From IMG/VR virus record IMGVR_UViG_3300035698_010959: a DNA stretch of 64,000 nucleotides. One strand, written 5' to 3'. Positions 1-10,076 of the stretch are shown here, one piece after another (within the stretch, counting starts at the first letter, position 1; every line of letters starts with the position of its first letter). Source of the DNA: a virus. The notes beneath the pieces are model-generated. The model worked only from the letters and a program-made list of their open reading frames with translations. It ran no database searches and was not told the DNA's origin. The position numbers and the translations under genes were made by a program.

Positions 1-1290
1 ATCTACCGGTCCAGTTGGATACAGATAGTTTAATTGTCTCCATTCTGGTCCTACAGGACGCTGAAGAGTTACTGCCGATCCATCTGCTATATTGCATGAC
101 ATTATTGGAGAAGGGAGTGTTACAGTAGCTGCTACTATATCTGAAAATACTTCTGTTTCTACTTCATATATTGATGTAATACAGGATAATGAAATTTCTT
201 CATTAGATAGTGTACTTGAAAGATCTCCAGAAAACGCTAGTTCTCTTGATTCTCCGCTTAGCGCTACAAAGTCTAGTCCAGATATACCTTCACCATCTTG
301 CCAATATACTCTTGGAGATACTTGTAGTGTATTGTTTCCTTGTGTTATTGATTTACGAGCAAATGCTCTGGATTCTGTAAAAAAAGGTATATTGCTGAAA
401 GGATCTGCTCCAATGTTATGTAATGTTTCTACAACAGATTGTACTCCTGTTGCTGTAATACTTGCTTTTGTAGTGTTTGCTCCTCCTCCACTAGAAGATG
501 TTGTTGCTGTTGTAGAGCTTAGAGTTGATTGAGCAGAGGTATTTCCTCGTAGTAGTGTTGCTGTTTGTGTATATGCTTGTTTATCATGTGCTGCCGCGTG
601 TATGGTTGTAGATACACTTCCGCCTTGATCATAAATTAGTGGACCGGTACCTAAACTTGATGCAGGTATAGTAACACTATTAGATCCTATTCTTATTTGT
701 ATATTTGATTGTCTTTTAAAAGTATTCCAAAACTCAACATTTAGTTTGTTCAAATCCTCTGTGGCAACTTCTTCTACTTCATATGTTATATCCCATGGAG
801 TTGTTTCATTTATTGTCCACTCATCGTACTCTACACCATTAGGTGAGTCCCAGTATGAGCCAGTATCAAAATATTCGTCTATATCACATGATGTTAATGT
901 AGCTAGCGTTACTTCTAGTGCTGTAGAGAAATATGGATTTAATACTCCGCTTCCTGTAAGTGCTATAGCTTTTACTGTATGTGTGCATTCTGATACCTGT
1001 TTGAGTCTTGTACCTTCATCATACCATAGATTATAAGCACCAGGACCAGTATATTCTATTGTTGTATATAAATATATGGTGGAACCAAATAGTGTTACTT
1101 CACTACTTCCTATGACTGAAATCCCATTAGGTGCAGTTGATCCAGCTACGACTGCTAGTACTTCAAGTGTTTTTCCACTACCAGCACCATCAACATATGA
1201 TTGTGCGTGACGAGCATATGTTGCTTCTAAAGTTCCTGAAAATATTAGAGTTGCTGATCTATTTGTATAATAGTTTGTGTATGTTGCCAT
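1..1290 (-). CDS. Putative virion (baseplate/tail fibre) protein, partial, runs off the left edge
   Basis: Absent from the ORF track. ATG at 1290 lies 6 nt after the stop of 1297..3222 and reads MATYTNYYTNRSATLIFSG. Both ends I translated are open and in the same frame. T/S/Y-rich, downstream of baseplate genes. Confidence 0.65.
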   Translation of the reverse strand, partial: MATYTNYYTNRSATLIFSGTLEATYARHAQSYVDGAGSGKTLEVLAVVAGSTAPNGISVIGSSEVTLFGSTIYLYTTIEYTGPGAYNLWYDEGTRLKQVSECTHTVKAIALTGSGVLNPYFSTALEVTLATLTSCDIDEYFDTGSYWDSPNGVEYDEWTINETTPWDITYEVEEVATEDLNKLNVEFWNTFKRQSNIQIRIGSNSVTIPASSLGTGPLIYDQGGSVSTTIHAAAHDKQAYTQTATLLRGNTSAQSTLSSTTATTSSSGGGANTTKASITATGVQSVVETLHNIGADPFSNIPFFTESRAFARKSITQGNNTLQVSPRVYWQDGEGISGLDFVALSGESRELAFSGDLSSTLSNEEISLSCITSIYEVETEVFSDIVAATVTLPSPIMSCNIADGSAVTLQRPVGPEWRQLNYLYPTGPVD

Positions 1291-1296
1291 ATGTTG

Positions 1297-3222
1297 TTAT
1301 AATAACTTTTCTAATGTATGTTTTTTTGCTGGTGCTGCTGTCCATACAGGGAACATTGCTAAGTATGGTTCTATAAATGGTATCCAATCTGGGTATGGAT
1401 TATCTAATACGTAAGCTGTTCCACTTAAGCAATATTCTTTTAGTAGATCATCTATACCTACAACCACATAATCATACACACCAACAGTTATTAAACTGTT
1501 GTCTAAATATGTATATGCGGTTGTTGTAAGGGTATCTATTAGCGTATAGGCGCTTTCTTGTTGTGTTTTTCTATATATTTTATATGATGATATTGGTATT
1601 CTATATCCAAGTAATCCACTTGTAAATCGAGCCCAGGAATCCCATCTTAATACTATGTCTAAATCCTCACACAATAGTATCTCTAGATTTGGTATGTTAT
1701 ATGGGGTTAAAGTTTGTTCTCCATATGTACCTTCTCCAACTACTGCAGACAGTACTTCGCTTGTTGTTTTGTTTCCTGCAACATCGTGCATGATTATAGA
1801 TCCAGTTAACATTTCTCCAGCTATTCCAGTACATGCACTTGTTACATATACTGTTGTTTGATGTGGAATACCATAATTAACAAGATATGAGCCGTCATTC
1901 ATACGTAACTCATGCGCGCTTAAGGCTCCTTTATCGCTTGTTGCAAATGAAAACAATACATGTCCTGGTCTAGAATACGCATTAGCGGCATATATGTCTG
2001 GGCCTATTGGGTCTGTATATATTTGTTTTCCATAGTTGTATAAATAATAGGTATAATCCTCTAGGCAGGGTTCATATCGTTTTGCGTATAGCCATACCAA
2101 TATATCATAATTTCCGGTGATATCAAATGTATTTTCTAGTGTATATACTGTGTTAATTGAATCTCCAGTCATAGAAGAAGTTGAGATCGTATATACTGTT
2201 GATTGTTTATCGTAGCTTTCTTTCCATATAACTTGTGTTACAAGTAGATCATTTAAACCTGTTGCTACTGCTGCTGATAATACCCAAGCGCTTACAGAAA
2301 CTGTGTTTCCACTATAGGATCCAGTTAACATACCAGATAGCCCTGTTGTAGAGTTCTGTGTTCCTTCCAGATATCCATAGTTTCCATAACTATCATATAT
2401 CTTTAGTGTATCTCCTACAAAAAGTCCACTAGGCATATTGTAGATATAATATATATAATTAGATAATTTATTTGAAATTGGAGAAATATTGTCTTCTGGT
2501 GTTGGAGTCCATCCAGTAAGTTGTAGACTACCCAAACGTACTAAACCTGCTCTATCTCTATATCCAGATGCTCCAGTAGCATCTATTGAATATATAAGCA
2601 TATTGGTATAAGCATATGAAAGAAACATTTCTCCTGTTCCTGATGGGCAAGCAGTTATTGGTTCATAGATATGCCATGCGCTTATTGTTATTGCTGAAGT
2701 TGGTACTGAGTTTCTAAATACTAACCTTAATTCTGTTGCTGTAGATAACTCTTCTGCTACTGGGTGATGAGCATCTAATAGTGTTCCTCCACTTGTTCCA
2801 TCATTTATCCATCCTTCTGTTTGATATAAATCTGGATTATCTATTCCAGATCCAATCCATGTTGCTAGTGCTGGATTGCTATATCCTGTATGTATTGCAT
2901 ATAGCGCTATTTCTCCGCTTCCTCCTGTTGTAGCAAAAGAAGCTTTTACTGAACAACACATTCCATTTGTTGAAGACAGTGGGATACTTGGAGTAAATCC
3001 TATATAACTTATTGGTTCTCCTAAGTCGTTCCAGTTTGATGCTCCATACCAGTAATGTTCTGAGGATGTTCCTTGAGTTAGAGTTAGATAACCATCCCAT
3101 GCTGAACTACTTGTTGTAAAGCTACCAGATGATGTTACGTCTGTACCTAATACTAATGAGTATACTCCTGGAATTTTTACTTTTCCATTTGGTGAATTTA
3201 ATTGTTCTGTAGATAGTCCCAT
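1297..3222 (-). CDS. Virion structural protein with C-terminal FN3-like domain (baseplate/fibre)
   Basis: T/S/G/Y-rich. C-terminal VLRW...YKIYRK...YTYLD...YDYVVVGID fits an FN3 pattern. Located in the baseplate module. Confidence 0.55.
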   Translation of the reverse strand: MGLSTEQLNSPNGKVKIPGVYSLVLGTDVTSSGSFTTSSSAWDGYLTLTQGTSSEHYWYGASNWNDLGEPISYIGFTPSIPLSSTNGMCCSVKASFATTGGSGEIALYAIHTGYSNPALATWIGSGIDNPDLYQTEGWINDGTSGGTLLDAHHPVAEELSTATELRLVFRNSVPTSAITISAWHIYEPITACPSGTGEMFLSYAYTNMLIYSIDATGASGYRDRAGLVRLGSLQLTGWTPTPEDNISPISNKLSNYIYYIYNMPSGLFVGDTLKIYDSYGNYGYLEGTQNSTTGLSGMLTGSYSGNTVSVSAWVLSAAVATGLNDLLVTQVIWKESYDKQSTVYTISTSSMTGDSINTVYTLENTFDITGNYDILVWLYAKRYEPCLEDYTYYLYNYGKQIYTDPIGPDIYAANAYSRPGHVLFSFATSDKGALSAHELRMNDGSYLVNYGIPHQTTVYVTSACTGIAGEMLTGSIIMHDVAGNKTTSEVLSAVVGEGTYGEQTLTPYNIPNLEILLCEDLDIVLRWDSWARFTSGLLGYRIPISSYKIYRKTQQESAYTLIDTLTTTAYTYLDNSLITVGVYDYVVVGIDDLLKEYCLSGTAYVLDNPYPDWIPFIEPYLAMFPVWTAAPAKKHTLEKLL

Positions 3223-3231
3223 ATAGTTTTA

Positions 3232-4701
3232 CTAATCAAATAATATTGGAAGATTTGTTAATTCTGGCTGAGGTTCTGTGTCTGTAAACCAAGGTGTAGT
3301 TTTACCCCAGTTTGCTGTACCTGCTGTTATAGGAACAGTAGAGTGTATAGTATTAACAAGTTCTATAAATTCTGCTGTTGGGTTTCCTGTGGATGATAGT
3401 AGATTTGAATTTTTATACTTTATATCTGTTGGGGTGTTTATATCAATTCCAGTAACATATACAACTGTATATTCTCCTATTTGTGTATTTGATGTTGGAT
3501 ATAAAGAGGCAGATGTTCCTGTTGTTTCTAATGTATAGTTTCTATATCTATAGGTTGCTGCTACTCTGCCCGATGTTGCTTGACCAAATTCAATATGTTC
3601 ATCTTCTATTGTTGGATAAGGCGGCGTACTTGATGTTGCGCGTAATCCATCTACGTATATATACCAATTTCCTTCCCAATGCGCATGCTGGGAATGGTAA
3701 GTTGTATAATCATCAGAGGGTGTAAGTTGCTCTCCCTCTACAAAGCCAAACTCTTCTAAATCTTTTATAACTATTTGTTTAACGTTTGAAATACCAGAAG
3801 CTTCAAAGTCTATTGTAGAGCTTCCATCCCATTGTAAGCTTCCAATTAAACCTACTTCTCTTCCTATTGCAGAAATCAAACCATTTAATTGTGAGTTTGC
3901 TGGAGATAAATAAGCTGTTCGTATTCGGCCTTGTAATGTTTTATTTGATTCCTTTGGTAATCTTTCTATTCCAGCTAATAGTGCTTTCTCATCAAACACA
4001 TTCCATAAATCTATTTGTGTTGGAATTATAGTGGAACCATCTATTGTAAGTATAGCAGAAGAGGATAGTGTTTCTACATATGTTGAAGATGTGTATCTAA
4101 ATTCAATTGAGCCAGTTAGTGGAAGATTTGCTGTTGCGTTTGTTGTATCTAATTCTTGTCCTGGCGATACCTGGTACCATACACTGTCTGAAGATATCCA
4201 TGCCATACCATCTTCTTCTATGTCTTCTGGTATTGTATAGGATGCTGTATTTGAAGATACTGTAGTAGACGTTACTGCTAAGTTTCTAAAGTAACATAAG
4301 TTATTATCATATTTGTATACCCTATCTGCTGTAGTTAGAAAATCAAATATACTTGCTGCTCGTCTTACGGCATTTCCAGAAACTGTTACTGTAAGTGGTT
4401 CTTGTGTTGTTTTGGTTATCCAAGCAAGTCGTGGAGTATCTAAAGCAGTATCTGAGATTGTATTGTGTCCACGAAAAGAGCTTATATATCTATGTAGGGT
4501 ATTGAATTGTGGGAGCGAAGAACCGAACCACTTATATAGTAGTGTTGATTCTGCTAACTGTAGCCCATATTTAAAGCTTCCATATGCTTCTGCTCCATAG
4601 GTTACATTTCTTATAGTTGGAGATTGTATTGCTAACCATTGTGGTAAATATCTAGCAAATACAGATCCATCCCACTTGCCTGGAAATTTGGTTTCTGGCA
4701 T
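3232..4701 (-). CDS. Baseplate wedge-like protein
   Basis: FDEKALLAGIERLPKESNKTLQGRI resembles the LD..G..R...E.D..YR.RI wedge motif. Follows the baseplate J-like gene. Confidence 0.55.
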   Translation of the reverse strand: MPETKFPGKWDGSVFARYLPQWLAIQSPTIRNVTYGAEAYGSFKYGLQLAESTLLYKWFGSSLPQFNTLHRYISSFRGHNTISDTALDTPRLAWITKTTQEPLTVTVSGNAVRRAASIFDFLTTADRVYKYDNNLCYFRNLAVTSTTVSSNTASYTIPEDIEEDGMAWISSDSVWYQVSPGQELDTTNATANLPLTGSIEFRYTSSTYVETLSSSAILTIDGSTIIPTQIDLWNVFDEKALLAGIERLPKESNKTLQGRIRTAYLSPANSQLNGLISAIGREVGLIGSLQWDGSSTIDFEASGISNVKQIVIKDLEEFGFVEGEQLTPSDDYTTYHSQHAHWEGNWYIYVDGLRATSSTPPYPTIEDEHIEFGQATSGRVAATYRYRNYTLETTGTSASLYPTSNTQIGEYTVVYVTGIDINTPTDIKYKNSNLLSSTGNPTAEFIELVNTIHSTVPITAGTANWGKTTPWFTDTEPQPELTNLPILFD

Positions 4702-4706
4702 TTATA

Positions 4707-5015
4707 TTAGCAATCCTCTGATAAATTTTCTTCTGTTGGCTCTTCGTTGTTGTGAGTACGGTCATACCCATACTCTGTTGTAATTTTATCTAGATAGAGA
4801 TATGGTAAAAGTGCAATTAGCAGGACAATCAGGTGTGCGTATACTTCTGATTGTGTTACGGCGGTAAATAAACATATGCCTAGTGTGGCAACAAACGCTA
4901 CTCTAGATATTGATAGCTTTTGCGTATCTGGCTTATAGAGGAGGTCTGTTAGTAGTTTTCGTATCCATGTAAACATTGTTGTTGGGTTTTTCCATATCTT
5001 GTCCTCCCAACACAT
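4707..5015 (-). CDS. Small two-TM membrane protein, holin-like
   Basis: Two hydrophobic segments (VAFVATLGICLFTAV; LIVLLIALLPYLYL) and an acidic tail. Confidence 0.4.
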   Translation of the reverse strand: MCWEDKIWKNPTTMFTWIRKLLTDLLYKPDTQKLSISRVAFVATLGICLFTAVTQSEVYAHLIVLLIALLPYLYLDKITTEYGYDRTHNNEEPTEENLSEDC

Positions 5016-5025
5016 TATTTAGTAA

Positions 5026-6135
5026 TTATGTAACATCTAAACTTCGTGCGTAAAATTTAGAGCCTGCTGTTGCTGTTAGGTCTACATTTAATGCTGTATT
5101 GTTGCTTACTGCCATTCGTATTTGTGTGTTTGTAATATCTGGGTGAGCATCCATTACTCTTGAAACAAGTTCATTATATATCATATTACCAAGTGTAGAT
5201 TTATTATCTCCTACTGGTAGATTATCTATATAAGAACGTGCTGCTACAGATGCTTGTGATCGCGCAAGTGTGGCATTAAGTTGTGTTCCTAATGCTACTT
5301 TTATTGTAAGGTCTATTGGTATTTCAATAGGGGCTTTTGCTGTTGCGGATATTCCATAAGCCACTACTTTATCTAATGTATCTTGTACTTGCTCTAATAG
5401 AGCTGCTGTTACTCTTCTATCTACTGATATAACTACAACATCTAACGTTCCTGTACCTCTTGCCATTGGTTGAAGTATTACATCTTTAACTCCAGGTAAT
5501 TCAAGTAATGATATTCTTATTGATGTTTCATTTGCTCCTTGTACTGTTAGCAAGGAGTTAGATATCCTATATCTGTAGTTATCATCTGATTCTACATCAG
5601 TACCTGTACTAATTGGTAATATGTTTGTTACTGTTATGTTTGTACTACCTATATCATTAGATGTTAGTGCTTGTGGTCCAACATTATATTGTGGCCCTTC
5701 ATATACAGCAGTAACATCTACATAGGATTCTCCTCCGCTTTGAACAGTTATTACATAGTCTGTAGTGTAAGATATTCGTTGATTGCTTGATGACCATACT
5801 CGTGTACTTTTTGGTATTGTAGCAACTTCATCACCTATATTACGAAATAGAACTGCGTTTCCTGCTCCTGCGGTTGTTGCTGCTTTGGCTGGAAGACGTG
5901 TTACTCCAAATAGTTGTCCTATTTTATCAAGATTTGAGCCTGCCGCTGTTGATAGATTGCCTTGTTCATCAAGCTGTGCCAACATATCATATAGGTCTTG
6001 TATGTAGGCAACAAATACTTTTAGCATAGACCCAGCTATAGATGATTCTGAGAAGTTGGTTATGCCTGTTTTTTCTTTTACTGCTTGTATAGCATAGGAT
6101 AGCAGTTCATCATATGTTGGTGTAGCTAATGCCAT
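5026..6135 (-). CDS. Baseplate J-like wedge protein
   Basis: LSTAAGSNLDKIGQLFGVTR, G.QYNV, GTDVESDDNYRYRI and LPGVKDV...RGTGTLDV are typical baseplate J motifs. Confidence 0.9.
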   Translation of the reverse strand: MALATPTYDELLSYAIQAVKEKTGITNFSESSIAGSMLKVFVAYIQDLYDMLAQLDEQGNLSTAAGSNLDKIGQLFGVTRLPAKAATTAGAGNAVLFRNIGDEVATIPKSTRVWSSSNQRISYTTDYVITVQSGGESYVDVTAVYEGPQYNVGPQALTSNDIGSTNITVTNILPISTGTDVESDDNYRYRISNSLLTVQGANETSIRISLLELPGVKDVILQPMARGTGTLDVVVISVDRRVTAALLEQVQDTLDKVVAYGISATAKAPIEIPIDLTIKVALGTQLNATLARSQASVAARSYIDNLPVGDNKSTLGNMIYNELVSRVMDAHPDITNTQIRMAVSNNTALNVDLTATAGSKFYARSLDVT

Positions 6136-6139
6136 GTTG

Positions 6140-6448
6140 TTAGTTTTCTTTCTTCCTCCAGAATGTGTCTTCTGTTAAGTAATCTTCTGTGTCATTTATA
6201 AGTGTGTATGTAGCTTTAGAGGCTTTACTATATGTTCTTGGAAAACTTACTGGAGTTATATGTCTACACTCGTTACAATGTATTAACCAAGTATTATTTG
6301 TATGAGGTTCTGTATTTGGAAAGTAGGAGATGTTACCACAGTACTTACATATAACTTTATAACCATCTGTATATTCTGGAGGAATCCACATTCCTCTTGA
6401 AAAATCAGAGTTATTCCATTGGTTCTTTTTATTTTTGTGTATAGACAT
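6140..6448 (-). CDS. Zn-ribbon protein
   Basis: CKYC ... CNEC pairs. Confidence 0.55.
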   Translation of the reverse strand: MSIHKNKKNQWNNSDFSRGMWIPPEYTDGYKVICKYCGNISYFPNTEPHTNNTWLIHCNECRHITPVSFPRTYSKASKATYTLINDTEDYLTEDTFWRKKEN

Positions 6449-6459
6449 TTTGATATTTT

Positions 6460-6924
6460 TTAGTTAGCTATTACAGATATTTGTGCGTCTATTGATTCTT
6501 GTTCATAGAGAATAATATCAGTAGAATTTAAAATTAGGCTACCTGATTGGTCTAAAACAGTTACCGGTATTCCAGCTATTATTGCTGAATCTTGTATATA
6601 TGAGCAATTGGCTGGTAATAAAAATAATATCTTACTAATTCGGTTAGGTATAACAACAGGTAAAGTTGTTTCTGCTGTTACTTCTTTAAGGTTGTCATAT
6701 TCATCTGTCCATGTTATTGAAGTAGTTATCTCTATTGGTGGTCTTGGAACTGAATTATTTTTTGTGGTAGATGTAATAGTTACTTGCTCTCCTGGTTTTA
6801 TAACTGGTTTTGAGCTTTTTACATCTACAGTTAATTCAGCACAAGCACAAAGTGGAGTACCTAACTGTAGTATAAATAATGGTATAGAGCAGCCCATTAT
6901 TATGCTCTTTATAAGCTTTTTCAT
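6460..6924 (-). CDS. Secreted DUF11/Ig-like protein
   Basis: Signal peptide (MKKLIKSII...). ELTVDVKSSKPVIKPGEQVTITSTTKN and LPANCSYIQDS fit a DUF11-like pattern. Confidence 0.5.
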   Translation of the reverse strand: MKKLIKSIIMGCSIPLFILQLGTPLCACAELTVDVKSSKPVIKPGEQVTITSTTKNNSVPRPPIEITTSITWTDEYDNLKEVTAETTLPVVIPNRISKILFLLPANCSYIQDSAIIAGIPVTVLDQSGSLILNSTDIILYEQESIDAQISVIAN

Positions 6925-6945
6925 TTGTGTTTCCTTTAATAATAG

Positions 6946-7275
6946 TTAGTTGTTTATTTCATCTTCTTCATAAGTATCTATGTCTTGAGAATTAACAGTT
7001 GTTTTCTCTATGGAAACTTTGGTTTCTATGTTTGGTTGATTACTTTCTGTAATAGATACTATTTTGTTTAATTCTTTTTTATTGTAGATTCTACTATCTA
7101 CTCTTCTTAATATTGTTAAGAGATCTGTTGGATTTGAATGTATGAGTTGTATTTTTTCTATTACTGTTTCTTTGGTTGTTGTTGTATCTGCTATAAGTAT
7201 TGTCTCATTACATCTAGCAGCAGGAGCTAATACTATTATGAATACAACTAAAAGCTTTAATAGTTTTGAGAGCAT
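6946..7275 (-). CDS. Small secreted protein
   Basis: Signal peptide MLSKLLKLLVVFIIVLAPAA; AAGGAG upstream. Confidence 0.55.
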   Translation of the reverse strand: MLSKLLKLLVVFIIVLAPAARCNETILIADTTTTKETVIEKIQLIHSNPTDLLTILRRVDSRIYNKKELNKIVSITESNQPNIETKVSIEKTTVNSQDIDTYEEDEINN

Positions 7276-7492
7276 ATAAGATTATTTCTCCTTGTTGTTT
7301 AAGTAATCATCGTGAAACTGTATTATATCTTTATTATGTTGTTTTATCCATGTCTGCTAAGATGTTTACGTCTCCATTCGTCAGTCAATTCTACGTTATC
7401 TGGAATGTTAAGGCGTTTTTTTTATCTTTGCTTGTATTTTTTTTACTATGGAATCTGTAATTTTTGTATGTGTATTTGTTGTCATAATAATA

Positions 7493-8653
7493 TTAGCTCC
7501 AGGCGGGGTAACAACACTGTTTGTACTTTTTACCACTGCCACAAGGACAAGGAGAGTTACGACCAATTTCGGTATTTACTACTGGGCCTGGGCCTACATC
7601 TCCTATTGAAGCATTATATCGTATTGCTTCCCAAGTATCTGCCCACTTACCTATATTCTTTGCGTAGTCGTGGTGTTCTCTTACTTTGGTTTGTGCTGCT
7701 TCTCCCATTTCTCTACGCTTTGTTTCGTCTTCAATAAGTATAGATAGTTTCTCTATCCATTCTGGTGTTGTGTTTGCTGTGTATCCATCTACTCCTTGGT
7801 CTATATAGCGCTGATAAGGAGCAACTTTACTTGCTACATAAGGTATACCCCAGCTACCCATCTCCATTAATTTAAGTGGACTTTTTGCTCTATTAAATGT
7901 AGTGTTTGCTATTGGCGCTACACCTATATCGAAGTGGCTTAATACTTGTGGGTATACATCTATTGGAGCATCTTTTATAAGTATTATACGGTCTACTATT
8001 TCTGAAGGAACATTCCAAGATTCTATTGCTTGCTCTGCCAACATCTTGTTAGTACAAATTCCAAACTTTATATGCTTGTATTTTGTTAGAATTCCTTTAA
8101 CAATTTCTCCAAGAATAGGCATATCTCGCTGGTGTGTCGTTCCCCCAGACCATCCTACTGTAAGGTCTGGATCTCTATTTGTTACTCTCGTAGTCCAATC
8201 TCTTATATCAAAATCTATTGCGTTTGGTACTACGAATGTATTTCTATTAAGATGTAGATATTCAGCAGCCAGCTCTGGTGTAGATACTGTTAGCCCATGA
8301 GATTCTGCTATCATTTCATGTGCTTTTTTTAGTTCTTTTGTTCCTTGATGATATACTCTATATGCTGGTGAGTCTATGTGTACTGCGTTTAGTGCGTCAT
8401 CAACTTCATATATTATTGTTATACCGGTATCTTTTAAATGTTTTAAAGAGTCTACTACATTTTCGTTATATTGCCGCTGTGCTATTATATAATCTGCCCA
8501 TTGTAGTTCAGCAAAATTTACTTTTGTTACTACCTGTGTTGTTGCTCCAAGTTTTGCTAAATAATCAAGTGGATATTGAATTCGTAATAAACCACATGCT
8601 GTTTCATCAGCTCTAAATCCTACTACTTTTAGTCCCGAAAAGTTCTTTCTCAA
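7493..8653 (-). CDS. GT-B (GT4-like) glycosyltransferase with C-terminal SEC-C motif
   Basis: YEVDD, VGWSGGTTHQRD, FDIGVAPI..TTFNRAKSPLKLME, IPYVAS. Ends IGRNSPCPCGSGKKYKQCC. TTG start with GGGAGG upstream. Confidence 0.9.
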   Translation of the reverse strand: MRKNFSGLKVVGFRADETACGLLRIQYPLDYLAKLGATTQVVTKVNFAELQWADYIIAQRQYNENVVDSLKHLKDTGITIIYEVDDALNAVHIDSPAYRVYHQGTKELKKAHEMIAESHGLTVSTPELAAEYLHLNRNTFVVPNAIDFDIRDWTTRVTNRDPDLTVGWSGGTTHQRDMPILGEIVKGILTKYKHIKFGICTNKMLAEQAIESWNVPSEIVDRIILIKDAPIDVYPQVLSHFDIGVAPIANTTFNRAKSPLKLMEMGSWGIPYVASKVAPYQRYIDQGVDGYTANTTPEWIEKLSILIEDETKRREMGEAAQTKVREHHDYAKNIGKWADTWEAIRYNASIGDVGPGPVVNTEIGRNSPCPCGSGKKYKQCCYPAWS

Positions 8654-8672
8654 TTGCTCTAATCCTCCCAGA

Positions 8673-9074
8673 TTATGTGGTTACATTAATATATCCAGTT
8701 CGTAAATCAAGAGAAGCAGTAATTGTATAGTTTCCTGTTTCTCCTTTTAGAACTATTGCTATCATTATTTCTACAGTATTGATTGGTACAACTCTTAGAG
8801 AAAAATCATCTACAGTTAAAAAATTATCATGAGTCAATGCATTAGTTATTTGTTCTGCTAATGCGTTTCCTATTTCTCTTGTATTTGGTTCTCCAATAAA
8901 GTCCTCTAAACTTGCTCCGCAGTAAGGTTCTAATGTATAGTCTCCAATATATGTCTTTAGTCTAAAAATTACATTTTCTACTAATACATCATCACCAAGA
9001 GAGTATTTTATATCTCCATCATATCCGATTTCTATATCCCCATCTGAGTTTAAATGTACATCTTTTCTTGGCAT
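8673..9074 (-). CDS. gp25/gpW-like baseplate wedge (sheath initiator)
   Basis: RLKTYIGDY..EPYCGASLEDFIGEPN...ITNALTHD pattern; size and position fit. Confidence 0.8.
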   Translation of the reverse strand: MPRKDVHLNSDGDIEIGYDGDIKYSLGDDVLVENVIFRLKTYIGDYTLEPYCGASLEDFIGEPNTREIGNALAEQITNALTHDNFLTVDDFSLRVVPINTVEIMIAIVLKGETGNYTITASLDLRTGYINVTT

Positions 9075-9617
9075 TTACTTAATGTGTTCCTCTAATATTT
9101 TTTGTACGATGGATGCTGTGTTAATACTTTGTAAGGAGTTTATAAATAATGGGGTAGGAGTAAATAAAGATAAAAACGGCATTGGGATATCTGGCCCACC
9201 ACCAAGAGGTTTAGTTACTATACTTAATGGAATTGCTGCCGGTGTAGGTGTTAGAGCACTTCTATTTAGAAGAGAAGTTATTCCTGAATTCCATATTGGG
9301 TTTAATGCTTTGCCTCCAATATTTACTTCTCCTGGATTTGTGTTTAAATGTAACGAAGATACGTTAGTTGCTATTGTTTCTCCATTTATAGTTATTTGCC
9401 CAGATTCTCCATCTATTAGTATGTAACTGCTTCCTGCTCTTATCTCTATACAATTATCGTCCCTTACCCATATACCATCTCCGGTAAGGGCGTTTTTCAT
9501 TCCAACTTCTGTGGGACTTTGATACTCTTGGTTTTTTGCTAATTGTTCTGGAGTTTTATCTTCAGTTAGTTCTTTTATTTTATTTGCTATTACTTTTTGT
9601 TGTAAGGCGGTATCCAT
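9075..9617 (-). CDS. Putative spike-associated beta-rich protein
   Basis: Beta-strand repeats (GIWVRDDNCIEIRAGSSYILIDGESGQITING); translationally coupled to the OB-fold gene. Confidence 0.5.
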   Translation of the reverse strand: MDTALQQKVIANKIKELTEDKTPEQLAKNQEYQSPTEVGMKNALTGDGIWVRDDNCIEIRAGSSYILIDGESGQITINGETIATNVSSLHLNTNPGEVNIGGKALNPIWNSGITSLLNRSALTPTPAAIPLSIVTKPLGGGPDIPMPFLSLFTPTPLFINSLQSINTASIVQKILEEHIK

Positions 9618-9991
9618 TAAAATAAACCTTTTTGTGTTAAACTATCTTTATCTATGCGTGTTACTCTATCTGGAGTACTATTTTCTTCTCTTGTTACAGA
9701 TTCATAATATGGATCAAAACTCATTAGTAACATTGGCTGTGATCTATCTCCATTTACAAAACATATTATTACGTTTGTATCTGGTTCTGGGTCTTGTACT
9801 CTGTATCCTTTAGATGATTGTGGCCAATGTAATTGTATTGTTTCTTCTCCACTACCCTTATCCTGTAGAAGTCTAACATGGGCTACTGCTGTTTTACTAT
9901 CAAACGATTTAACTACACCGTATATAGGCATATGTACTGTTGATATATTTTCTTTTATAAGTTGTTGGAGTGTTTCTTTAAACTTTGGCAT
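9617..9991 (-). CDS. gpV/gp5-like OB-fold spike protein
   Basis: GVVKSFD...AHVRL...PEPDTNVIICFVNGDRSQP; directly after the hub gene. Confidence 0.65.
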   Translation of the reverse strand: MPKFKETLQQLIKENISTVHMPIYGVVKSFDSKTAVAHVRLLQDKGSGEETIQLHWPQSSKGYRVQDPEPDTNVIICFVNGDRSQPMLLMSFDPYYESVTREENSTPDRVTRIDKDSLTQKGLF

Positions 9992-10019
9992 ATGCTATGT
10001 GTGTACCTTACTATACTAT

Positions 10020-10048
10020 ATTATACCACATTTTGTTAAAAAAGTGAA
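10020..10048 (-). promoter_or_regulatory. sigma70-type promoter with extended -10
   Basis: Minus strand TTCACT-N17-TATAAT, with TG one base before the -10 (TGGTATAAT), upstream of the spike gene. Confidence 0.7.
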
Positions 10049-10076
10049 GTAAATTTTGCATAATTTATAAAATATT

